From Callorhinchus milii (taxonomy: Eukaryota): a stretch of DNA of 64,000 nt. Where the stretch lies: assembly GCF_018977255.1 (NCBI RefSeq), contig NW_024704743.1, forward strand, positions 14,138,001-14,202,000. The letters run 5' to 3'. The notes beneath the pieces were generated by a model. That model searched no databases. It saw only the letters and a list, made by a program, of their open reading frames with translations, and was not told the origin of the DNA. This document shows positions 1 to 14,040 of this stretch, piece by piece. Position 1 is the stretch's first letter. Each line of letters starts with the position of its first letter. Both the position numbers and the translations under genes were made by a program.

Positions 1-661
1 GTCTAATTCAGTAAACACTGTTTCACTGCCACAGACTATGAAAGACAAGGACAAGAAGAAAATGCAGAATACAGAAAAAGTCACACGTTAGTCCCACCTG
101 TGTGCTGTCAAGGACTTTCTCATAATTTGAGCAAATTCTACATTTTACATTTTCCTTACTGGGTATTCCATCATTATAAATACATTGTATAAACAAAATA
201 AAATGAGCAATAATCTATCTATAAAGATTATACACACAGAGACCATTTAAATATAATCAGGATATGTTCACCTGCTTCCTGGCTTTCTAGAAAAGTAGCC
301 ATTACCTTCACAATCCCCTTAATGAGGATGAAGATTTAAAGTCACAGTTTGCTCCAGTGCAGCATGGAACACAGTATAGGATGAAGCACTTTGGGATCGC
401 TGGGTTCTCAAACAAATATGAGACTGAACCAGTCCAATTTATTTAGACCTGATAAGACTTCATACAGGAGAAACTTAATACAATCATTTAAACTGCATTA
501 GCTAATAGTACAGAACAAAAAGACAAATAACACATGCATGTTCTGGTGGCTGCCGGAGATTGGTCTGTCAATTCTGGTTTTCAGCTCAAGTGCAGACTCT
601 TTAGCCCTTTTATACGTGACTTATTTATCATAGTGTGGATGGCTCTTATGTATGTACTATT

Positions 662-1575
662 CATACATTAGAATATACAGCACAGAAACAGGCCATTCGG
701 CCCAACTGGTCTATACCGGTGTTTATGCTCGCCTTGCCTCCTCCCTTTCCTCCTTCAAGGCCGGTCTCAAGGCCTTTCTCTTTGACCGAGCCTTCAGCTC
801 CCTCTCGACTCTCTACCCCCTCCTCGCTCCCTCCCTTCCCTCCCTCACCCTGACCATTTCCCCCCTCCTCGCTCCCTCCCTTCCCTCCCCTCACCCTGAC
901 CATTTCCCCCCTCCTCGCTCCCTCCTTTCCCTCCCCTCACCCTGACCATTTCCCCCTTGCTCGGGTCCTGACCCAACTGTGCAGCGCCTTGGGACGTCCT
1001 CCCGACGTGAAAGGCGCTCAATAAAAGGAATCTTGTTGTTGTTGTTGTATGCTCCACATGAGCTCCTTCTGCTCTTCCTCAACTAAGCCTTCAAGCATAA
1101 CCTTCTCTTCCTTTCTCCCTCATGTACTCTAGCTCCAGCTTTCCCTTAAATACATCCATACTATTTGCCTCAACAACTCCTTGTGGTACCACATTCCAGG
1201 ATTATTATTACTCTCTGTGTAAAGAAATTTCTTCTAACTTCCCTATTCGATCTATTTGTGTCTGTTTTATATTGATGGCCCCTGGTTTTGGTCTCCCCAC
1301 AAGTGGAAACATCTTCCCTATGTCTACCCTATCAAAACCTTTCATCATTTTAAAGACCTCTATCAGGTCACCCCTTAACCTCCTCTTTTCAAGAAGAGTC
1401 CAAGTATGTTCAGCCTTTCCTGATAGGTATAACCTCTCAGTTCTGGGATCGTCCTTGTGAATCTCCTTTGCACCCTCTCCAGTGCCTCTATATCCCTTCT
1501 ATAATGTGGGGACCAGAACTGCACTCAGTGTTCTAAGTGCGGTCTAACCAATGTCACGTACTCATTGACCTTCTC
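662..1575 (-). mobile_element. CR1-clade LINE 3' fragment (interrupted by an L2 insertion at 731-1047)
   Basis: Reverse strand shows CR1 RT C-terminal motifs (LVRPHLEH; ORF 1525..1707 end) and a CR1-type 3' UTR (GGCCGAATGGCCTGTTTCTGTGCTGTAT). Confidence 0.75.
731..1047 (+). mobile_element. L2 LINE 3' fragment with 7-bp target-site duplication TATGCTC
   Basis: Nearly identical to 27950-28166; ends GGGACGTCCTCCCGACGTGAAAGGCGCT..(TTG)n; TATGCTC at 724-730 and 1048-1054. Confidence 0.85.
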
Positions 1576-1640
1576 CTGAGATGTCTGTGTCCGTCTTCTG
1601 TTTTTCCCAAATCTTAAACATTTAGGCATCCATAACTTCA

Positions 1641-1957
1641 TTATAATAATAATAATAATAATCCTTGCATTTGATATAGCGCTTTTCACGTCGGGAGGAG
1701 GTCCCAAAGCGCTTCACAGAACACACTGTAAAGTGAATTGACTGTATATTTGTGGGCGAACGCGGCAGCCAATTGCGCACAGCAATGTCCCACAAACAGT
1801 CGTAGAATGAAAATGACCAATCTATTATTGTTTTTTGTTTTTGAAGGGATTATTATTAGGCGTGTGGAGTAAGGAAACTTGCCCAAGGTTTCGCCCTGTG
1901 CTTGGAATTGAACTCAGGTCTCTCGCTTGCAAAGCGAGTGCACTAACCACTGAGCTT
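1641..1957 (-). mobile_element. tRNA-derived DeuSINE-like SINE (young family)
   Basis: Reverse strand has AGCTCAGTGGTTAG (A box), GAGTTCAATTCC (B box), a Deu-like core (GTTTGTGGGACATTGCTGTGCGCAATTGGCTGCCGCG), an L2-type tail and (ATT)n. Confidence 0.85.
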
Positions 1958-2497
1958 ATTCCTTAAATCTAAATCTAGTCCAGTGATTAGTTCTGCAAAT
2001 CAGCGTCTGGTATCAGATAAACAATCCCATCATGTACTAGAATGGTCAATGGCCACAGTGTGAAGGATTCTGGACATTATGAACCAGGGAATTATTAGTA
2101 TTCTGAAACTGAGCATATTAATCCTTTTCATTCCTTCTCAACTTACATTCCCACAAGGTATCAACAACAACAAATTACATTTGTATACACCTTTCACGTC
2201 AGGAGGCCATTCTTTCATATCCTCCCAATGTGAAAGGCGCGACAGGAAGTGTGAGGAATATTATTATTATTATTAAGAAATGGAACTTTGAAGAGGCTTT
2301 TACTGTGTGTCAATATATAGAAAATAACTTTTAATTTTCAATCTGGGTAACGATGAGGGATGAAGTGGTATCCCTAAATTTTTATTTCACACAGGGATCA
2401 GTGTTGCCACCTCAGTTTTGAAAGAGACTGTTGAGCAGTCTGTTTTGAGGCTTTTTAAAATTAAACCCAATTGGAAACTTTTTTTAAAAAACTCCTG

Positions 2498-4877
<2,380 letters not shown>

Positions 4878-4880
<3 letters not shown>

Positions 4881-5220
4881 CCCCTCTCTCTCCCTCTCTC
4901 CTCCCTCCCCCCCCTCTCTGCTCCCTCCCTCCTCTCTCCCTCTCACCCCTCTCTGCTCCCTCCCTCCTCCTCCCTCCCTCCTCTCTCCTCCCTCTCACCC
5001 CTCTCTCCTCCCTCCCTCCCCCCTCTCTGCTCCCTCCCTCCTCCTCCCTCCCTCCTCTCTCCTCCCTCTCACCCCTCTCTCCTCTCTCCCTCCCCCCTCT
5101 CTGCTCCCTCCCTCCCTCCCCCTCTCCCCCCCTCCCTCCTCCCTCCCCCCTCTCTCCTCCCTCCCCCTCTCTCCCTCCCCCCCTCTCTCCTCCTCCCCCC
5201 TCTCTCCTCCCTCCCCCGTT
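4878..5220. repeat. Polypyrimidine (C/T) low-complexity tract
   Basis: Almost only C and T for ~340 bp. Confidence 0.9.
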
Positions 5221-5709
5221 ACTCTCTGCCTCGAGAGCTGCTTTTTGAACACAGCTTTTTTTTCCACCTCCTTTCCCCGAATCCACCTCCTTATTTGCAG
5301 ACGTTTAAGTCAAATGCGACTTTTTTTTTCCACCCCCAGTTGAGCCTGTACCAGGGTTTACATTGCATTTGGTTGGGTGGTGAAGTAGGTCTTTCCCAGT
5401 TCAGTGCATTCGCAGGTCATTCCAGGACATTTGGGTTAAGACTGCAAGGAGCGTGTCCAAGGGTTCAGTGCTTTCCTGGGGCTGTGGTCCTTGTGGCTGC
5501 TCTGTAGGACAGTACATGTTCTATTGCTCATTTGGTCTCAGATCTTCTTGTGCAAATATTCCGATTCAGGAACCTGATGCTGCTGGACAGGTGTAACTAT
5601 TTTGTTGCATTGTTGTAAATTGCCTTTGCATAAGCATTGGAGGTGGCAAAAAGTGCCTTGTTTGGAGTCCATGTTCCAGTTGGTGGTTGGACTGAGAATC
5701 GGGGATTAT

Positions 5710-7275
5710 TTGCAGCGTCCAGGATCAAGATCTGTGGCAAACGCTGGTGGTGGCCGCAGGGAGGTTGGGAGGGTTCTGTCTACACTAACCTGTTGCTAAG
5801 CACACTGGAGGCGGAGATGGCTTCACAGCGGCACGTCTGTTAGCCAAGGTCCCTTGCACGAGGACCTGGATTAAGCAGCTGGTACTGAGTTAGCCTGGTA
5901 CGAGGCATTGGATTTGGAGCTCAAAAACATCAAGGTGGCTGGCACGTCACAAGCTGTAGTGCAAAGATCCTTCCACCACGCTGAAGGCAGATGCCCGCCA
6001 GATAGCTGATGAGGAAACTCTGAGGCTTGGGGGCAACAGCTGCTGGAAGGTGTTACTTGGAGTTCGAGTTTGTGAACACGCATTCGTACATCCAGTGCCT
6101 GGAATCCACCTTGATCGGCTTGCAGAGAGGTAAGCAGATGCTGCTTAAACTGGTGGAGCCATAGCTGATTGTGAAGGGATGTGTGCCCGACCTGCGGACA
6201 GCAAAATGGTGGCAATGCTCTTACGCACGCATTTTCCTGCTGAGCTTTTTTGCCCACCGGGAAGCTGCTGTGTGCTATTAGCTGCCGTGTTTAGCCCACA
6301 AAATACACAGTCAATCCACTTTATGATATATTCTGTGAAGCGCTTTGAGATGTCTCAACGACATGATAAGGCACTATACCAATTGCAAGTATTATTACTA
6401 CCATCCACCTAGTGAGAGCTCAAACCCATGTTTGTTGGATGTCGAATGACCAACTAGTGACTATCCTCTGGAAAGGGGGAGGGAAGTAAGTGGGGTCTCC
6501 TTGGAGCTGAAATGGCTCCGAGATGACATGTTTGGCAACAGAATGTTGGAATCAAGCCAACCATCTGTGGCGGTCTCGGTTCCTGAGCCAGGTGGGTCCA
6601 CGGTATTCCAGGGCACTGCTGATGACAGTGCAGCCAGCCTGCCTCATCTGCAGGACGTGGAAGGACAGACCAGTTACTGGTGGCAGAGAGTCACCCCCCT
6701 CAGCACCTGTTGACCCAGCAAGCCAAAGCCTTAACGGGGCACACGCTGAGGACCCCATACCTTGGAATGAGGTAAGCGGGATGTGTCCCTCCAGGAAGAG
6801 AGTGCGCGTTCCATTCCAACAATCTATCTCTGGGATTTCCATGTGTATGTGGGTTACATGGAATTCTCAGCTTGGTTTGGATACTCTTAATAATAATAAT
6901 AATAATCCTTGCATTTGATATAGCGCTTTTCACGTCGGGAGGATGTCCCAAAGCGCTTCACAGAACACACTGTAAAGTGAATTGACTGTATATTTGTGGG
7001 CGAACGCAGCAGCCAATTGCGCACAGCAATGTCCCACAAACAGTGGATTGAAAATGACCAATTTATTATTATTGTTTTTGGTTTTTGGAGGGATTATTAT
7101 TAGGCGTGTGGAGTAAGGAAACTTGCCCAAGGTTTCGCCCTGACCTGCCTGGAATTGAACTCAGGTCTCTCACTTGCAAAGCGAGTGCCCTAACCACTGA
7201 GCTACAGGACTCCACATGGACTCTTAAGCATGGAGATGGGTTTCTGCATGTGTCGGACACACGGCTGACCAAAAA
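5710..7275 (+). mobile_element. Degenerate non-LTR retrotransposon 3' part (RTE-X-like), interrupted by SINEs
   Basis: Homologous to 45590-48190 and 15160-16120; CCHC-like knuckle CPTCGQQNGGNALTH at 6184; QLVTIL motif; shared end TTAAGCATGGAGATGGGTTTC..GGCTGACCAAAAA. Confidence 0.65.
6891..7219 (-). mobile_element. Full-length young DeuSINE-like SINE with 8-bp TSD ACTCTTAA
   Basis: ACTCTTAA at 6883-6890 and 7220-7227; uninterrupted host copies read GATACTCTTAAGCATGG (e.g. 48141). Confidence 0.9.
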
Positions 7276-7399
7276 CAAGCAGTTAATACTCGTCAAGCAG
7301 TGACAATTACCTTACCTGCAAGCAAAATAAGAAGATCTTAGGAGGGTCGTGTTAAAATATCTTTCTCCACAGTGACTTTAGATTGTTGGTGTTTGAGAT

Positions 7400-9050
7400 C
7401 ATTCTCTCCTCTGGATCAGTCCCTGCTCCCCTCAAAACTGCTGTCAACATCCCCCTCCTCAAAAAACCTTCCCTAGATCCCTCAGACCCCAGTCACTACT
7501 GCCCTATTTCAAACTTACCCTTCCTCGCCAAAGTCCTAGAACGAGTTGTTGCCAATCAACTCCGCGCACACCTCTCCTCCCACTCCCTCTTCGAACCCCT
7601 CCAGTCCAGCTTCCGCCCTACCCACAGTACAGAGACTGCGCTTGTGAAAGTCTCAAGCGACATCATATATCTGTGACCAGCGCTCCCTCTGCCTCCTTGT
7701 CCTCCTGGACCTCTCCGACACTTTCGACACAGTCGATCACGCCATCCTCCTCTACTGCCTTTCCTCCGTCATAATAATAATAATAATCCTTGCATTTGAT
7801 ATAGCGCTTTTCACGTCGGGAGGACGTCCCAAAGCGCTTCACAGAACACACTAAAGTGAATTGACTGTATATTTGTGTGCAAACGCGGCAGCCAATTGCG
7901 CACAGCACTTCATCCACCTCAGTGGGACCGCACTCACCTGGTTCAAGTCCTACTTCACAAACCGCCAGCAGTACATCTCCACAAACGGCTTTTTCCTCCG
8001 CTCTCACCCGGTTACCTGCGGGTACCCCAAGAATCCATCCTTGGCCCCCTCCTCTTCCTAATTTATATGCTCCCTCTCGAGGATGTCATCCTCAGACATG
8101 AGGTACACTTCCACATGTATGCGGGCGACACCCAACTCTATTTTTCCACCTCACTTTGTGTTCCCCAGTCCCCTGATGTTGTGTCAGCCTGCCTGTCAGA
8201 CATCAGGAGCTGGATGAGCGCAAATTTCCTTCAGCTGAATGTTGACAAGACGGAAGCTATACTCTTTGGCTCTCGTCAACATCTTAAATCGCATGGTTCT
8301 CACCTCCTCCACCTACCCGACCTGTCCCTAAAACACTCCGAACCAGTACGCAGCCTAGGCATCAGGTTCGACCCCCAATTATCCTTCCTCCCCGACATCT
8401 GGTCTCTCACCAGCACCACTTCTTCCACCTCCGACGCATCGCCCGTCTCCACCAGTATCTCACCCCAAAAGCAGCCGAAACCCCAGTCTATGCCTTTGTC
8501 ACCTCTCGGCTGGACTATTCAAATGCCCTCCTCGCCGGTCTCTCATCCACTACCAATCATGTCATCCAGAACTCTGCCGCCCGCATTCGCACCAAACTCC
8601 GCTCCCTGATTACCCCAGTCCTTGCCAGACTGCACTGGCTGCCTGTCCCTGAGAGGATCGACTTCAAGATCCTCACTCTTGTCTTCAAATCCCTCCACTC
8701 CTCTGCACCCCCCTACCTCTCTGACCTCCTCTCTCCTCAAAACAGTGTCCGTTGCCTTTGTTTCTCCGGGTCTGGCCTCTTCTTTGTTCCCCGAATCCTC
8801 CGCTCCACCATCCGCGGCCGTGCCTTCAGCCACTATGCCCCGAGGCTCTGGAACTCTCTTCCTCACTCCTTTCTCCTCGCGCCCTCTCTTCCTATTTTCA
8901 GATCTCGGCTAAAGACCTTTGTTTTCGACCGCTCCTTTGGTCACCTTCCTCCCCCTCTCCCTGCCTCGGCCCCGGGATCCGTTATTGTGAAGCGCTCTAA
9001 GACGTCATCCGGCGTGAAGGGCGCTGTATAAATCCAAGTTGTTCTTGTTA
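7400..9050 (+). mobile_element. L2 LINE ORF2 (RT) fragment, degenerate; SINE piece inserted at 7771-7906
   Basis: [55 protein letters not shown] motifs; L2 tail at 8990-9050. Confidence 0.9.
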
Positions 9051-9620
9051 TTCACTGCCAACCTGATATCACTGAGTATAAGAAATGGAGAACAGGAGGG
9101 GAAATCGGATTGAAAGATCTGTGATCTAATGAACTAAATGGGATTATACGATTTATACGATTTAGAAAGATAAGACTTATACGAGACAACCTCTGGAGGA
9201 AACACCACCACTGTTTTCTTTACGTAGCAGAGTTAGTGCCAAAGACAAAGCTATTGTCGACAGCATTGCCGAAGACAAAATCCAGCCTAAGAATAAAACT
9301 GAAGTAAATGATTATATAAATTTTATATTTGAAAATATGGATACAAATACAAGCTCATATAAAACAAATTATAGTTGCGGTTGCCTGGCCATAATGCCTG
9401 CTTTAAACTGAAAGTGATGAGAAAGGAGCTGTGCAAATGTAATATTGTGTTGTTGGGTGCAACAATACGAAGTATTGCCGAAATGGGTCCCTCTTTCCTT
9501 ATGGAATGGAACTAGCAAATCACAAAGTAATGGGGGGGAAGGGAATGTGAGGAGAAACTTGTTGACCATAGATTGGAGGAGGGGAATGTAAGAAGGCTCT
9601 GTATAGTTGAGGGTTTGCAC

Positions 9621-9922
9621 ATAATAAATAATAATAAAATAATAAAATAAAATAATCCTTGCATTTGATATAGCGCTTTTCACGTCGGGAGGACGTCCCA
9701 AAGCGCTTCACAGAACACACTGTAAAGTGAATTGACTGTATATTTGTGGGCGAACGCGGCAGCCAATTGCGCACAGCAATGTCCCACAAACAGTCTTAGA
9801 TTGAAAATGACCAATTTATTATTGTTTTTTGTTTTGGAGGGATTATTATTAGGCTCTGTGTGGAGTAAGGAAACTTGCCCAAGGTTTCGCCCTCTGCCTG
9901 GAATTGAACTCGGGTCTCTCGC
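9621..9922 (-). mobile_element. Young DeuSINE-like SINE (5' end partly missing)
   Basis: High identity to other copies. Confidence 0.85.
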
Positions 9923-9961
9923 TGAGCTGGGAATTGGATTCGAGAGGGGTGGGGGCCCGAA

Positions 9962-10530
9962 GGGGCCTGATTGAGATTTTTAAAATAATAAAGGGATTTG
10001 ATAGGGGATATACAACAAAACTATTTCCTTTGGTAGGGGAATCCAGAACAAGGAGGCATAATCTTAAAATTAAAGCTAGGCCATTTAGCAGTAAAATTAG
10101 GAAGCATTTTTTTTCAGCCAAAGGGTAGTGGAAATCTGGAACTCTTTCTCCGAAAAGGCTGGTCCTGTAGCTCAGTGGTTAGAGCACTCGCTTTGCAAGT
10201 GAGAGACCTGAGTTCAATTCCAGGCAGGGGGCGAAACCTTGGGCAAGTTTCTTTACTCCACACGCCTAATAATAATCCACGCGCCTAATAATAATCCCTC
10301 CAAAAACAATAATAAATTGGTCACTTTCAATCTACGACTGTTGTGGGACATTACTGTGCGCAATTGGCTGCCGCGTTCGCCCACAAATATACAGTCAATT
10401 CACTTTACAGTGTGTTCTGTGAAGCGCTTTGGGACGTCCTCCCGACATGACAAGCGCTATATCAAATGCAAGGATTATTATTAGTATTATCTTCAAGACT
10501 GAGGTGGATAAATATTTGTTAGGTCAAGGA
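9962..10530 (+). mobile_element. CR1 3' fragment interrupted by a SINE
   Basis: LIEIFKIIKGFD..LFPLVGESRTRRHNLKI..RKHFFS motif; resumes at ~10490. Confidence 0.75.
10161..10488 (+). mobile_element. Young DeuSINE-like SINE
   Basis: GTCCTGTAGCTCAGTGGTTAGAGCACTCGCTTTGCAAG head, B box, L2-type tail. Confidence 0.9.
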
Positions 10531-11179
10531 AGATCCAGCTCATTCAAAACTCTGCTGCCCGCATACTGACTCGGACCAAACTTTGTGCCCACATCTCACC
10601 AGTTCTGGCCAGATTCCACTGGCTCCCCATCACCAAACAGATCGACTTCAAGATCCTCACACTCGTGTTCGAATCCATTCACTCCATTCACTACCTGGCC
10701 CCTCCCTACCTCTCCGACCTCCTCACTTCCCAATAATTGAGGGTGTGTTTTTTTTTAGATCTAATACGTGGCAGTGATGCTGTTTGACGTAACTCACATC
10801 AACTTGTCATAGTGTTATCCCAGCCAACAGTTCTTGATCAATTTGTCCGGCGTGCTGATGCAAATTGGTTGTCATGTTTCCTTATAGATATAGTCACTGC
10901 TCTTCAATTTCATGTGAAGCACTTTAAGACTGTTTGTTGTTATAGGTGCTTTATCAGATAATAATAATAATCCTTGCATTTGATATAGTGCTTTTCACGT
11001 CTTCTAGACATCTCAAAGCGCTTTACAAAATATGCTGTAAAGTGAATTGACTGTATATTTGTGGGCGAAAGATGGAAGCAATTCTGTTATATAACCATTT
11101 TATACAAACACTTGTGAAGGGAGGGTCATTTAATGACTCATTAATGTTTTTTAAAAAATCTTGGTTTCAAAATAGAACT

Positions 11180-11830
11180 AGGAAGTGAAACTTGGCACAG
11201 TATCAGAGTTTGATAGACCATTAACTGTTAGAGCACTATGGACTTGAGTGCATGTTTATGCACAGGATCTGGGGGGTCGGGGCAGTGTTCACACATTCAC
11301 AGCCTTAATCTACGATTCTGGAGTAAAATACTTTGGCTGGTACATCTATCTACACTTGGCTGTCGATTATTTTCTCTTTCCATTGGCTGCTATATCTGGG
11401 TTGGATTTGAATCAAACAAAAACACTTCGAGTTCCCTCTACTTTCCAAAATACAGTGTGAACTGGAGAAAAGTGTGTATGTGGGGGGTGGGGTGGGGGGG
11501 GGGAGAGGAGGAGGTTACAAGAATTAGGAAAACGTGAAATTTTAAATCTAAAGTAAAGTTGATTTATAATCAAAGTAAACGTTTAACTTTTTTTGTGAAA
11601 AAAAACAGCAATTGCTGTGTGAGCTGAAAATGGTGAGAGCCAGAGGAACCACAAACTGGAAACTCCATGGACCGGCTAAAGGGTTAAATAGTACAACAAC
11701 AACATTAACAATCACTGATGGGTTTCAATGCAGTGGTGAATTTTTAGAATAGTTTGTGCAATGATAAGGTTTTACCCACTCAAGTTATGAAACGTCACCT
11801 GACTTTCGTTTTCCTGGGGATGACGAGTGT
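11180..11830 (+). promoter_or_regulatory. Candidate TRANK1 promoter with ETS-IRF composite (GGAAGTGAAAC, 11181) and ISRE/IRF-E (ACTTTCGTTTTCC, 11802-11814)
   Basis: Motif matches in largely repeat-free DNA upstream of a candidate donor (AG|GTAAGA at 12596/12597); TSS is not directly demonstrable. Confidence 0.45.
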
Positions 11831-11859
11831 AGGGTTATTGGCATCAGAGGAGAGATAAA

Positions 11860-12345
11860 GAGACACCCACACACATTCTCACTGAGAAACGGAGAGAGAG
11901 ACACACGTATACACTTTCTCCCTGAGAGAGTTAGAGAAACAAACACACACACACATTCTCACTGAGAAACATTCATTCTCACTGAGAAACGGAGAGAGAC
12001 ACACACGTATACACTTTCTCACTGAGAGAGGCAGAGAAACAAACACACACACACATTCTCACTGAGAAACATTCATTCTCACTGAGAAACGGAGAGAGAG
12101 ACACACGTATACACTTTCTCACTGAGAGAGGCAGAGAAACAAACACACACACACACATTCTCACTGAGAAACATTCATTCTCACTGAGAAACGGAGAGAG
12201 ACACACACGTATACACTTTCTCACTGAGAGAGGCAGAGAAACAAACACACACACACATTCTCACTGAGAAACAGAGGCACACACTTTCTCACTGAGAAAC
12301 AGACACACACACACACATTCTCACTGAGAGAGGCAGAGAAACAAG
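11860..12345. repeat. Tandem repeat, ~100-bp higher-order unit rich in TTCTCACTGAGAA palindromes and (CA)n
   Basis: About 4-5 copies visible. Confidence 0.85.
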
Positions 12346-12769
12346 TACAGGTACATTCCCACAGAGAAACAAACAGAGGGAGAGAGAGAGACACACTCGT
12401 TTCACGAGGGAGAGGGACACAAGCACTCTCACAGGCAGAGGGAACCTCATTCACACAGAGAAAGATACACACACAGTCACAGAGATAGATACCCATTTTT
12501 CACAGACACACAAAACACATTAAGAGAGAAACACACACACAGGTTCAGAGAGAGACGCAGACGCAGGAGGGGGAGATGAAGGAGGAGCAGCAGTAGGTAA
12601 GACACAGCTCAGCCTCAGTGAGTTTGACTCCCAGTCCCTTCTCCCCAACTCCCCCACATCAGCTTCGCAAACAGCTGTGGGCGACACCAACAATGTTATG
12701 TTGAATTTGTGACTCTCCCATTTCTTGCTGCTGTTTGCTGTAGCGCTGAGCTTTTTGCCTATGGTGGTG

Positions 12770-14040
12770 TGTCTGTGTGTGTGTGGGGGGGAGAGGGGCA
12801 GTGTGTGGGGTGGGGGGGGGAGAGGGGCAGTGTGTGTGTGGGGGGGGAGAGGGGCAGTGGGGGTGGGGGGGGGGGCAGTGTGTGGGGTGGGGGGGGGGGA
12901 GAGGGGCAGTGTGTGTGTGTGGGGGGGAGAGGGGCAGTGGGGGTGGGGGTGGGGGGCAGTGTGTGGGGTGGGGGGGGGAGAGGGGCAGTGTGTGTGTGGG
13001 GGGGGGGGGAGAGGGGCAGTGTGTGTGGGGGGAGAGGGGCAGTGTGTGTGGGGTGGGGGGGAGAGGGGCAGTGTGTGTGTGAGGGGGGAGAGGGGCAGTG
13101 TGTGGGGGGGGAGAGGGGCAGTGTGTGTGTGGGGGGGAGAGAGGGGCAGTGTGTGTGGGGGAGAGGGGCAGTGTGTGTGTGGGGGGAGAGGGGCAGTGTG
13201 TGTGGGGGGAGAGGGGGCAGGGGTGTGTGGGGGGGGAGAGGGGCAGTGTGTGGGGGGGGGGCAGTGTGTGTGTGGGGGGCAGTGTGTGTGTGGGGGGGAG
13301 AGGGGCAGTGTGTGTGTGGGGGGAGAGGGGCAGTGTGTGGGGTGGGGGGGAGAGGGGCAGTGTGTGTGTGTGTGGGGGGAGAGGGGCAGTGGGTGTGGGG
13401 GGATCAGTAGGTGGGGGAGTGGGGCAGTGTGTGTGGGGGGAGAGGGGCAGTGTGTGTGTGGGGGGGAGAGGGGCAGTGTGTGTGGGGGGGGGGAGAGGGG
13501 CAGTGTGTGGGGGGGAGAGGGGCAGTGTGTGGGGGGGGGGGCAGTGTGTGTGTGGGGGGGAGACAGTGTGTGTGTGGGGGGGAGAGGGGCAGTGTGTGGG
13601 GTGGAGGGGGAGGGCAGTGTGTGTGTGTGGGGGAGAGGGGCAGTGGGTGTGGGGGGATCAGTAGGTGGGGGAGTGGGGCAGTGTGTGTGGGGGGATCAGT
13701 GGGTGGGGGAGTGGGGCAGTGTGTGTGGGGGGGATCAGTAGGTGGGGGAGTGGGGTAGTGTGTGTGGGGGGATCAGTAGGTGGGGGAGTGGGGCAGTGGG
13801 TGTGGGGGGATCAGTGAGTGGGGGAGTGGGGCAGTGGGTGTGGGGGGGATCAGTGGGTGGGGGAGTGGGGCAGTGTGTGTGGGGGGGATCAGTAGGTGGG
13901 GGAGTGGGGCAGTGGGTGTGGGGGGGATCAGTGGGTGGGGGAGTGGGGCAGTGGGTGTGGGGGGATCAGTGGGTGGGGGAGTGGGGCAGTGGGTGTGTGT
14001 GGGGGGGATCAGTAGGTGGGGGAGTGAGGCAGTGGGTGTG
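12770..14040. repeat. G-rich minisatellite (GGGGGGAGAGGGGCAGTGTGT, then GGGGGATCAGTAGGTGGGGGAGTGGGGCAGTG units)
   Basis: About 1.3 kb of G-runs; source of the spurious GGEGQCV ORFs. Confidence 0.95.

Noticed and set aside
1..2497. MLH1 exon 2 (LDAKST..IQDNGTGI)
   Set aside because: No matching peptide seen on the minus strand; it probably lies left of the window.
6004..6026. CTGATGAG-GAAA-CTC resembling a hammerhead core (also at 15554 and 46907)
   Set aside because: No GAAA after the putative stem II; it reads as coding IADEETL within the RTE-X-like ORF.
10161..10232. tRNA-Ala(TGC) genes
   Set aside because: These are SINE heads: no proper acceptor stem, and each continues into the SINE body and L2-type tail.
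11876..12330. TTCTCACTGAGAA as STAT/GAS sites
   Set aside because: Spacing is TTC-N7-GAA, not the N3/N4 needed for STAT binding.
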